A stretch of 64,000 nucleotides of DNA from Podarcis muralis (Eukaryota), in contig NC_135667.1 of the NCBI RefSeq assembly GCF_964188315.1, positions 13,702,001-13,766,000 on the forward strand, read 5' to 3'. The number at the start of each line of letters is the position of its first letter. The first letter of the stretch is position 1. The notes beneath the pieces are model-generated. The model was not told the origin of the DNA. It did not search any database and worked only from the letters and a program-made list of their open reading frames with translations. This document shows, in pieces, positions 13,475 to 25,200 of the stretch. The position numbers and the translations under genes are program-made.

Positions 13475-14999
13475 TCTTATTAACTAAATAGCATGTTCTC
13501 AAAGAAAGAAGTAAAATTTCTGGAAACATTGAAAATGCTCTGTGTGTATGTGTGTGAGTGTTTGTGAGAGAAAAACACAGACAAACATAAATTCAATTAA
13601 TAATAATAATCATCATCATCATCAGACGGACAAATAGAGAATTCTGTTTTCTTGAAAATTAGGTATTTTTTAAAAAATCAGCATTCACCTGACATCTAAT
13701 GCCAGCATTGCCTATGTTTCTTTTGCCTCAGATTTCATAAGTAATTTTTTTAAAATTCTGATTATCCTTTTAATATGTTTATGTAGTTCTTTACTATATT
13801 GCTGTAATTTATTGTTGCAATCTATTCTGGAAAATCACTTTGGGACATTCTGTTGTAGGAAGTGATTCAGTAAACTAATTAAACAAACTGACCTGTCCGA
13901 ATATCACCATGCAAGTTTAAAACCGCAACAGCAACAGAAGCAATCTCAGATTTGTGTAATAGCAACTGAAACTTTAATTCTTCTCAGAATTAGTTCATTT
14001 TCAGTCACTTTCAGGACCCCTTTTAGAGCTAAAATGTGGCAAGAAAATGTTGTTATGAATGAAAATTTTAAAAAGAATGTTGAAGGCAGTTCCCACCTTC
14101 CATACAAGTTCAAACATTTTCTGCTTTTTACTATTATTTAGTTTAATGTACGGATGTATTTGAAATATTTATTTTTTGTATTATATGCTATATCATTTTT
14201 TAAAAATCAAAGCACTTTACTATAATGTCTATATATAATTAGCACATATAAAATGTTAAAATCAGAGGCAATCAACCAACTATAATGGTAAGATGGCGAT
14301 GAAGATGATAATAATTGGGGGGAGGGGAGCAGGAACTCAAGAGAACTGAGTTCCCTTCCCTTTTTTAAATTAAATATTATTAATTTTTTTGTCTGGGGGC
14401 GCTGGAACAGATATACACCCAATGCCTGAGCCAAAAATCCACCTATATCTGTAATCAATATAGTTGTGGCCATTTCTAATCCAGATCATTGACGGCTTGA
14501 GTTTATTAATCACATCTTACATTTAGCCACTGCAATAAACAAACAAACTTTGTGGTGAGTTCCCCTACCTTTTTCCAGAAAAAAAGCACAGATAATAATA
14601 ATAATAATATTAATAATATCATTGCTACAAATATGTAATAGACAATGTACAATATTAGAGAGAAAAGAAGTGAACAATAAGAAAATGAATATATATAATG
14701 CATATTCTCCACCTCTTTCTTCCCCCTGCCCCTCAAATTGCTAATCCCGCCAATTCTTAGTCCTATCCTCACAACGTCTAGCCAAATCCTGTTTCGCTTT
14801 TGTTCTCTTTGAACAGTTGCCAGCTTTTCTTTAACCCTAACCATATAATCTTGCCTGCACACATCCGGAAATTGGCAGGGAGGGGGGAAGCAGAAGAGGA
14901 CTGTGAGGTCAGTGTGTGTAGCATTTGGCCAGGCTAAAAACCTCCCCTAGCAAAAGTTAACCATTTCCCCCCGCTCTGTGCCAACAGGGGAAGCACCCT

Positions 15000-15935
15000 T
15001 TGGACCAAGCCAACGACACCAGCTTGACGGCAGGGTTTGTCCTCTTGGGCTTCCCATCCCTCTCGCCTGCCTCCCGCCTGCTCCTTTGCTCTTTGCTGTC
15101 CACTTGCTATGCCTTCACCTTGGTGGGGAACCTGTGCATTGTGTGGGCCGTCCTCCGAGATTCTCGCCTCACCCGCTTGCCCATGTACATCCTCCTGGGG
15201 AACTTCTCCAGCTTGGAGATGTGCTACGTATCCACCACGGCGCCTCGGATGCTGTGGGATCTGTCCTCGCCACTGCCAGGCATCATCTCCTTCAACGGAT
15301 GCTTCCTCCAGTTCTACTTTTTCTTCTCTATGGGAACCACCGAGAGCTTCCTCCTTGCAGCCATGGCCCTGGATCGCTACCTGGCCATCTGCCACCCGCT
15401 GCGTTACCCGATGCTCATGTCCCCCCGGTTTTGCTGCTCCCTATCAGCTTCCTGCTGGGCGTCCGGTTTCCTGTGGTTCCTGGTGCCCATCGTGCTGATT
15501 TCCAAGCTCCATTTCTGTGGCCCAAACATCCTCGATCATTTCATCTGCGACCCAGGCCCACTGCTGGCTTCCTCCTGTGTGCCAGCCCCCACCACAGAGA
15601 TGGCTTTCTACAGCCTCAGCTCGATTGCCATCTTTGGACCCTTCCTCTTCATCATGTGCTCCTACGCTGCAGTCCTCAAGGCTGTCATGCAGCTGCCTTC
15701 AGCCGCCTCGAGGCAGAAGGCCTTCTCTACTTGCACCTCCCACTTGGCAGTGGTGGGCCTTTTCTACGGCTCCATCATGGTCACCTACGTGGCTCCCGAA
15801 GCTTCAGGGGGCAGCAACAAGGTGGTGACCCTCTTCTATTCTGTGCTGACCCCTTTGCTCAACCCAGTTATCTACAGCCTGAGGAACAAGGAGATGAAAG
15901 ACGCCTTAAGGAGAACACTGTTCCAGGGAAATTAG
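15000..15935 (+). CDS. Olfactory receptor, family-11-like paralogue; open 311-codon frame starting with TTG instead of ATG
   Basis: All OR motifs intact; TTG at 15000 aligns with the ATG of the 4296 paralogue; in-frame TAA at 14958 and no genomic in-frame ATG upstream; acceptor AG at 14986-14987. Confidence 0.85.
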   Translation: MDQANDTSLTAGFVLLGFPSLSPASRLLLCSLLSTCYAFTLVGNLCIVWAVLRDSRLTRLPMYILLGNFSSLEMCYVSTTAPRMLWDLSSPLPGIISFNGCFLQFYFFFSMGTTESFLLAAMALDRYLAICHPLRYPMLMSPRFCCSLSASCWASGFLWFLVPIVLISKLHFCGPNILDHFICDPGPLLASSCVPAPTTEMAFYSLSSIAIFGPFLFIMCSYAAVLKAVMQLPSAASRQKAFSTCTSHLAVVGLFYGSIMVTYVAPEASGGSNKVVTLFYSVLTPLLNPVIYSLRNKEMKDALRRTLFQGN

Positions 15936-17465
15936 GGGCTTTGATCCGTGGATGGTTGGTTTGGACCTTGGCCAAGAGATCAGGGCCTTTCCCTCTGTAG
16001 GAGCTACCATGGCTGGCTGGCTGGCTGGAAACAGGAGAGAGGGGTGAAATCCGGTTCAGTGGGCATTTAAAGGCAAACTTACCTCATTCCTGTTTCCCAA
16101 AATAACATCATGTGAAACCAAACACAACTAGCTTTTGAAATCCACATGAATTTTGCAGTTCAGCTGTCCATCCAGAAACATGTCCATAAAGGTGCATATA
16201 TTAGGGGAAAGTGTTGATGAAATGCATATGCTAAGTAAAAATAACTAACAAAATGTTATTATGAAATGTTTAAAATGGGAAAGGTGTACATTACTAGCAA
16301 TGCACACTAAAATGCTAATATTTTTTCATGATGACATTTTTTTTCTTGAAAAATAGAATGAAATTGCAAACTGACAAAGAAACATGGCAATCAGAACCTA
16401 ATATTGGATAAATGAGACACTCAAGAAACCATCCATCCCTAGCTGAAGGTGATGAATTTGAGATACTGGCTGCATACAAACACCTTTGAAACATATTGCT
16501 TGCCCCAAAAAATCCTGGGAACCATAGATCACTCTTCAAAGAGCTACAGTTGCCAGCACCCTTAACAGGTCCCAGTTCCCAAACAATAGTTTCTTTGCTG
16601 GAACTCCCATGTGTCAATTGTGATTTAAATGTGTGGTGTGTACTCAACCGCTATATATTTTGGTGATACAGTGCTGTATCCTATACATAATAATGTTCAG
16701 TACTGTATTATTTATCATTTCATCATAAGCTGATTCATGATTTGCTTGCAATATAGGGGTGAGAGAGGCTTCCAACAATATGTGAGGCTCAGTGAATAAA
16801 GCACATATAAAAACATATGTCAAGGTGGGAGTTGGGGGGCAGGTCAGCAATAACTCACAACGTGTCTGTGAAGCTAACTCTTCATTCAAAGAAACAAAAA
16901 CAGTGAGCACAGCAGCTCTTCCCAGTAGGTCTTGCCCAAATGAGGCAGTTGTGAGGACTGAAGGTCCCCACCTTCCCATTGCTCTCTAAGTCTTCACCTT
17001 CTCCGGTTCCTTCCTGTAGGATGTAATCCATTGGTGCAGTCAAATGCAACATTCCTTATTTTCCTAGAGTGGGCACAGACAGGGGGACATCCTGTTCCAC
17101 TGATTTGGAGCATCCTCCCCCTGCATGTTACCTGGGAGATGGGCATGGCTCTGGCTGACTCCATAAAAGAGCCAAGTCATGCAGCCATTTTCTCAGTCGC
17201 AGTCTAGTTTTTGTCTTTCTATTGTCTTGCTGTTCTTTTGCTGCCATGCTGCTCTCCTGCAGCCATTTTGTTGTCTTGATGTAATTTTGCTGCCTACCGG
17301 CTCTCAGCCAGCAGCACATGAGTTCAGTCTTCCTGTGAGATGAACTTACCATTTATTATGTAACCGCTAAGCAAAGCCTGCCTTTCAGGGATCATATCGT
17401 GAACTGAAATGTGAGTAAACTTTTTGTTACTTTACTCAGAAACACTCTTGTGTCTTTGTTCTTTT

Positions 17466-17809
17466 GTTGTTTGTTTGTTGTTTAGTCGTGTCTGACTCCT
17501 CGTGACCCCATGGACCAGAGCACGCCAGGCCCTCCTGTCTTCCACTGCCTCCCACAGTTTGGTCAAACTCATGCTGGTAGCTTTGAGAAAACTGTCCAGC
17601 CATCTCGTCCTCTGCCGTCCCCTTCTCCTTGTGGCCTCCATCTTTCCCAACATCAGGGTCATTTCCAGGGAGTCTTCTCTTCTCATGAGGTGGCCAAAGT
17701 ATTGGAGCCTCAGCTTCAGGATCTGCCCTTCCAGTGAGCACTCAGGGCTGATTTCCTTCAGAATGGAGAGGTTTGATCTTCTTGCAGTCCATGGGACTCT
17801 CAAGAGTTC
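17466..17809 (-). mobile_element. RTE/BovB 3' fragment
   Basis: RVPWTARRSNLSILKEISPECSLEGQILKLRLQYFGHLMRR..LMLGK..RRRGRQRTRWLD with an (AAC)-type tail. Confidence 0.92.
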
Positions 17810-18389
17810 TTTTAAGAGGGATTAAAGGGGACACCAGGAAATAAACTTAACTAAGAGATTCAAAGGAATCTGCAAACTAGCTTCCAGCTATATTGAGGGG
17901 AATCTGCTCCGCTACATCATTTACTAGAGTGAGTGAAGGAAGGATAACACTTATTCAATATATCCTTTCCTACTATTCTTAACATTCCCACATTTCCCAG
18001 GCAACCTGAGACTTCTTCACATTGTCTGCCTCTGCTCCGCCCTCTTCATGCCTCTTCAGGTTCTGTGAGACCAGAGGAGAGGGGAGCTTGTCCTATACAC
18101 AGAACCTAGGAGATGCTTTCTAAATTGCATTTGTTCAAGAAAGCAGTCTCTCCTCAGCAGAGAGGGTCCTATAGCTGCTGAGCAACTAATGTCTCTGTGA
18201 CTCATAATGTGGCCCTCTTTATGCTGGTGGCAAAAAAATCAGGAAGAATGAATTGGATAAAATTTCAGTAAATTGTAAGGTAGATTAGGAGGTCTAAATA
18301 GAATTGCATGGCATGTAATCATGGAGGCGCCCCATTTGCAGTCTCACTTGCAAAATACCGTTCTGATGGCTTATGCAGAGGCTTTGTTT

Positions 18390-19010
18390 ACATATGCATT
18401 CTTTTTTAAATTGTATTTCTGATTTTCAGTTTTACACATTTCAAGAATTTTACAATTGTTTTAACATTTCAAAACTTGACTTCCTTCCCCTTCTTTCTGT
18501 GGTTCCTTATATTTATTTTTAATATTTTCTGCATATCCAAAATTGCTCATTTAGTCATCTACCTTAAATATATACTCTTAAAAAACTGCAGGTTATTACA
18601 GCAATCCCGCCAATGTTCTTATCTGTTTGTAATTTGTTTGTAAATATTCCATAAACAATTTTCATTCTTTTATTAAAAAGTTTGTTATTTTGATTTCTTA
18701 TTTTTCTGGTAAATTTTGCCATTTCTGTGTATTCCATTCTTCTTTTGTTGGGACTTCTTCTTCTTTCCTTTTTGGGGCAAATAACATTCCTGCCGCTGTA
18801 GTCACATACAAAAATAATTTCTATACAGTTTGGATAGTTTACACATGCATTCCTTTGTTAAGTGTTTGTACAGTTTTGTTATGGCCTTTGGTTAGTACAA
18901 TAAAAACTTATTTTCTTTACATTAAACTCATTCAGAGGTTTGAGCAGGTCCGTATCTCCTGGCCTAATGTACGTAAAGAGATGAGTTGTAGAGCACTTTG
19001 TCCTAAAGAA
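18390..19010 (-). mobile_element. Degenerate L1 ORF2 3' end and UTR
   Basis: Minus strand encodes decayed ..LFMEYLQTNYKQIRTLAGL-like L1 C-terminal sequence; AT-rich. Boundaries approximate. Confidence 0.55.
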
Positions 19011-20315
19011 AACAAAAAAAGACCACAAAAATTGCCAGCAATAATTCACTATCTATCCCAAGCACTTATTTCAGTTCACTGCAGTGCTGAGGTATCTTTT
19101 CCCTCAGGCCATCACACTCTGTACTCCTAGATAAGGACCAAACGTATTGGCTTGAATCTACCCTTTTCCTCACATTCTTCTAAGCAGCAACTGCACACAT
19201 CACTCCAATTCCCAGTTTAGACAGCCATTTCCTCAGGAGGATTCAGCTCCAGAAGCTTCCGTCAGTTAGATCCAGGAAGAAAAACCATATTGGCCTAATT
19301 AACTGGTGCCTGGATATGAACTTTTCTGCCAAGCTTTGTTGGGCTACCCTGTGGGAGCCAATTTAAAAGATGATCTGTAACTGCAACATTTAGCGGTGCC
19401 AAAGTAGAATGATTTTAATGGAGGAGTCGAGATGCAGTTCACCCACTCAATAGGTCACAGAAAAGTGAGTGGGGTGAGTTCTGCTCAAAGGAACTCTTTG
19501 AAATTGAGGAAAATATCAGTCACTTTTCCCAGCAGAGAACAGGTGATAGAAGCTAAATTTATCCTCTATGCATCAGTTTTGTTCTGCATGGGGAGGCAAG
19601 CTAGTATTTAGAGGGATGATTTTCACTAGTGAAATGGCACGGGGGGGGGGGAGTTAAACCTCTCCTCCACCAGCCATCATATGCCCAATTCAAATCTTCT
19701 TCTATCCCCAACTGTTTTTAAAGGCTTTAAAAAGTGTAGTTTGGACCTTAGTGTAATAGGTTAAAAATACTCTCCCTATATAATTTCTGTTAAATTGAGG
19801 CACATTTTTAAAATAAAACTTTGTGCAGACACTAGGGGGCGATAGAACATAAAGGATGGGGGATACGGGAGAAAACTTGAGCATTAGTAACATGCAAAAT
19901 ATCTGAAGGTATTTTTTAAGTCTCATAGACGTACTCAGTTTTGCAAGCCACACCCAATCATGTAAGCCTGTAGTGAAACTCAGAAGTCTACATGCTGGAC
20001 TGTGGTAATTATGGGATTAGTGCAGGTGATAGACTATAAGAGTGTTCCTTCAGCAATGCTCTCCAACCCTTTTGTTTTTTATAACAAGGAAGGTCAACAT
20101 ATGTACTCTAGGACTACTCAATTCTCCACACAGCTGTTCAAGGGCTGAAGTGTATTTTACCTCCATTGAGATCACCCACCACAATAAAGCTGTCGCCATG
20201 TTAGGGCTTCCTACATAAGGAGCCCATCGTAAATACGTACCTGTGCACAGGGCACATGTTAACACTGCTTGATTTTCTATGTTACATGAGTCAAAGAGAA
20301 AGATGTTAACATTTC

Positions 20316-20700
20316 ATCATCATCATCTTTTATTTGTATCCTGTCCTCCCCAGCCAAAACCAGGCTCAGGGCAGCTAACATCCAATATATAACATTGGTA
20401 TAAAATCGAACATTAATTAAATTACCTCCAAAAAACAAGTCAGGATCAAATTAAAATCTAATTAGATGGCTTTCCACAGGATTAGGGTTGGGAACAGTAA
20501 ATGCTCACCAGGCCCAACTGTTTACGCTGTTCTTATATGAGCCTGCGAGAATGATGGGAGGCCTCTTTCATACTAGTTCTTATACAAAAAGAGAAGGGGA
20601 GTCAGGCTGAGCCCTGACCAAAGGCCTGGTGGAACAACTCCCTCTTGCAGGCCCTGCGGAAGGATGTCAAATCCAGCAGGGCCCTGATCTCTTGTGGCAA
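20316..20700 (-). mobile_element. Older L2 3' end fragment
   Basis: Diverged copy of the 10700-10960 L2 tail (ccctgaccaaaggcctggtggaaca, gccctgcggaaggatgtcaa). Confidence 0.65.
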
Positions 20701-22261
20701 TCTCCCCAATTCTTGCAACCCTTCTTTCCCTTCAGAATGGACATGTGGGCAAACCTTTGAACCATTCCTCAATCAAAATTTGGTAGGTCCATCAGGGACT
20801 AAATGGCACTCCTTCCAGGAAAGGTGGATGAGCAAGGCAACTTTAACCCATCCTTCTCCTATAGCAAGGAAAGCTGGCCATATTCCCATGAGGCAGGTCA
20901 TCACTGCTCAGCCGTGGTGTCTCTCAGTCTAACCTAGACTGTGAACCTGAAGGAGCGTCTCCAACCCCATCATCCAGCCCAGAGACTGAGGTCTAGCTCT
21001 GGAGTCCTTCTTGCAGTTCCCTCATTGTGAGAAGTGAAGCTACATGGAAACAGGAAGGGCTTTCTCGGTAGTGCTGCCCACCCTGTGGAATGCCCTCCCA
21101 TCAGATATCAAGAAGATAAACAAGTATACAACCTTCTCTAGACAAGCATACAACCTTCTCTAGACAAGTATAAAACCTTCTGTTAAATTAAATCTGAAGG
21201 CAGCCCTATATTGAAACGCTTTTAATGTGTGATGTTCTGTCGTGTTTTTGTATATTCTCTTGGAAGCCACCCAGAGTGGGCTGGGTCAACCTAGTCAGGT
21301 GGGTGGAATTCAAAAAAGAAATTAACAACCACCATCCAGGGCTGCTATGAGGATAAAACTGGATTATGTGCTTTACCCTGCTTTGAGCCTTGCTAATCAA
21401 AATCTTTTTTATCTTTGTTATGGGAACCAAACACAAGGCATTGCCCAAAGAAGCAAAGAATGCAGGTTTTATTGGTTAAAGTAGGGAACAGAGAGAGCAG
21501 AATATGTATAAAAATTACAAAGTCGAACTCAAAACGTTGCCAAATAAATACGGATGTTATTATCTCCTGTATACACACACACACACACAATAAAAGATAA
21601 TGGGGGCTAGTGCTCAGCCAACTAGGATCTACGAAATACAGAAGAGCCAAACGAGCTCAAATGCCCAAACTCAAGTGAAATGGAAGTTAAGGTGAGAAAC
21701 GGGCAACAGGGTCGCCCTCCCCAACAGTAGAGATGGGGCAGGCCTGGTGTTGGGAAAGTGGGAAGAGTCTAGGGAAAGACATGGGAGTGAGCTGAGCAGC
21801 CCTGCTGATTTTTCAGACTGACTCATGAAGGCTAATGCTTATTACTGCAGAGGATCGAGGCTAGGCTGATGCATAGGGAAGTAGAACTAGAGGGAGCAAA
21901 ACTAGGGCTTAACCCTGGAGTCCTGCAATTCCCTATCTTGTCTCTCACTCCTTCAACCTAGTGTCTTTGAATGTATGATAAAAACAAATCCAACCTTGCT
22001 GGGCCCTAGATAGCCAAGGTAGTATCCTCCAGATGTTGTTGGACAACAACTCCCATCAGCCCCGGCTATCATAGCCAAGGAGGAGAAATGCTGGGAGCTG
22101 TCGTTCAGCAACAGCTGGATGACACCACCTTGGCTAACCCTGCCCCAGACCTTTGATTTTCTAGATCCTCTGAGAGGTAGCAGGTTCTGCCTGAAGGCCA
22201 AGCACCACCAGGCAGGAGAGCAGTCCCCCCACTTGCCGTCTCCGCCTCCTGCCCCCTCACT

Positions 22262-25200
22262 TCATTCACTTTGTGCCTGATATGCAATGGTGGCTGCAGC
22301 CTGGCTCTGGGATCCTTGCACTTTGCCATTCACCACTAGCAGGAGAGGCGTCTCCACCCGGATGCTAGAAAAAGTAAAACTCTGAAAAAGAGGAATGGAG
22401 AAAAGGTTACGGTGCGGAGGAAGGATTCAATCTAAGTAAGGCCTCCCTCCCTCCAAACCTTGCTGACTGTAACAGGGACTACAGGGACTATTTTCGGGCA
22501 AGATTTGCTCACACATTGGCAAATTCAGGCAACGTAATCACAGCTGATGGAGAGAACCTTGCACAACAAAACCAATGTCTCCAAAATACATGACATTTTG
22601 CAATAAGGAAAGTGACAGGAAAATGCACTGAGACAGTGTTAACACTTGCTTAGGTGTAATGTCTAGCTTTCCTGCAAACAAATCAAAATGAACTACGCAT
22701 TAAATAGCTGGCACTGTCTAATCTCCTCTACAGGCAAATCAGGACAAATGCTCAATGAGCAGGTTATCTGAAAATACACACACACACAGATTTACATAAC
22801 TCCAACTGAAACAAAGTTTTAAAAGTGCCATTTTAAAAAAGACAGAGGCTTTCTCTCCACTTGGAATCTTTCTCCCAGAATGACTGATCTGGGAATGGGT
22901 GGGGAAAAATACATAAGAACAAGGGGGTGCCAAGACAGACAGGATGACGCCAGTAAGCCTCTAATTGTTGCCTCTGCTTTCAACTGTTTCCATCACTTGT
23001 GCATTCAAGTAATTCTGTGCTGTCTCTTCCAACTACCTCTTTAGAGGCTCTGGTTGCATCACGAGCAACATGGAAACAGGTAAATAAGAGAATTCGAAAG
23101 GGCCAAAGAAAGAGCACAGGTGGGACTCACCTTGCCTTGGTGCTGGATGTGATGATGCCGAAGGTGAGGCTCAGGGATGGCCACCGAGTCCCCAATCAAA
23201 ACCCCCCAGCTTTGCGCCATGTTGTACACAGTGACAGCAAAACAGGGGCCCTCATTGGAGTCAGTTAGGCCAAAAGTGCTGTTTGAGCAAAGAGAGGAAA
23301 GAACAAAATATGTTTAAAAAGAAGCATTAGTCAGGTTGCTGGATGGGTAGACAGGCAAGTGGAAAGATCAAGAGATGAGCAAGATGGATATTTGCCCACA
23401 CAGCAGAGCCCAAGGTCATGGTTGATAAAGCTCAAGGACAGACTAAGCATCTTGTAGGTGTCATAGTCCCTAAGCTCAACAGAGAGTTCCCTGTTATCTC
23501 ATCAAAGGTAGTTTCTCCTTATTAGAACTGCCTTCCTTTACAGCAAGGATAGACAACCTCCAGCCAGTGAGCCAATCTCAGCTTGTGCCAAAACACGGCT
23601 ACTGCTCATAAGCCAACATCAGTTGTGAAGGCCAAGCCTGATAAGGATCTGGCTCATAGAGCCAAAAGGTTTTCCAACCCTGCTCTAGAGAACCACTAAC
23701 ACATCAAGCTGTACACATTTCAGAATCAAGATTAAGGTATTTACTTCTGTTTACGCAAGCGTCTGGTGGCCTCCATAATGATGTGCGTTTGTGGGATAAG
23801 CTTCTACAGCTTTTTGCTACTTTTAAATAATTATTGAAACCTATCCCAAGCCTTCAGCCTAGGGAAGAATATAAGCCCTAACAAACTATGAAGAGAGCGG
23901 GATAAAGCTAAGCAGGAAGGAAAAGGTGGATATAGTCCGGGGGGGGGGGGGGAGGGAAAATCCCATTTTTTCTGGGATTTCACATCTCTAGGTAGACATG
24001 ATGAGAAATATGAAAAGATTCCAAGGCAGGATGTGGCAGAAACTCACAAGGGCACCTTTTCTTCTGTGGTCAAACTGAACAGCACCTTCCCCAGCACCAC
24101 AACACCAGAGTTAACGCCAGGCCTCAAGGTGCCCAGGGGGCGCTGTTCCAGTTGCACCTTCTGACCCGAGGGCCCTTGGTAGCGCCCATCCCCACACGGG
24201 CCCAGCTGGGAGGTACGCAGGCTTCCCAGCATGCTCTGCAGCTTCTTGCCTTTCACTTTTCCCTGCAAGGGAGAAAAGCAGCATGGTGAGTCACCTTTGC
24301 ATTGTTGGACGATGCTACGTTTGCATGGGTCGGGCAGTGAGAGGACACCAAGTCTTGTTGCCGTTAATAATACCTTGTTTTCAAGGAGGCTGGTTAGCCG
24401 CTCCAGGAAATCTACGAGTTGCTGCTCCCGTTGGCGTGGTTCCGGGCAAGCTGGATCAAGGGCTGCTGCCTGTGCAAAGCCCTCCAGAGCTTCCATGTAG
24501 TTTTCTTCATACTTATATAGCTGCCCCAAAAAAACAACAGAGCAGAAGGTGATAGGCTAGAGTCACGTGGAACATACACTACAATAGAAATAGGACACTG
24601 TAGGCACAGGTCAACTAAGTCAGAACAGGGGTGGAGATTGAAAATCGGTCCCTTGATGACTGCTTAGATGGTAGCCTTAAGATGTATTTCACTTGGAATT
24701 GCCAGCCACCCATCCTCTAACCCGTCCCACACTTTTCAGAGTTCTCCGCGATAGGTCAAGCACAAGCCAGCCAAACCTATCTTGCCCCATGACCCTCCCC
24801 ATCCTTTCTGCTCACCGTGGCTCGATTAAGATGTAGATCTGGATTACAAGATGCCGTGGGGTCCACCTTCTCCTACAGAAAGAAGACCAAGAGAAAGGCA
24901 TGAGCATCAACCATCACTTCCTCTGTGAGGACACTCTCCCCCTGCTCCCCCAGCACTTTCCTCCACAGTCATTTTTGTTTTTACCAGCTGCAGCCCAAAA
25001 TCCCTATCCACCCACCATCTAAAGGTGCATATTTATAAATGGCCCAGTGGCAAATCATCACAAGCCACACCTTTAGCTACCTCATTTTCTTTCCCCTTCA
25101 TCGGTCCAGCTCACAAAATCCACAGAACAGTTACATAAGTAACCAATCCTGACATGTGTTGTTCCAGGTATTTATATGCTCACAGGATCACTCTGGAAAG

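Noticed and set aside
14978-16000. 340-aa + strand ORF and other long ORFs overlapping the OR genes
   Set aside because: Alternative-frame shadows of GC-rich OR coding sequence; Pro/Leu-rich with no motifs
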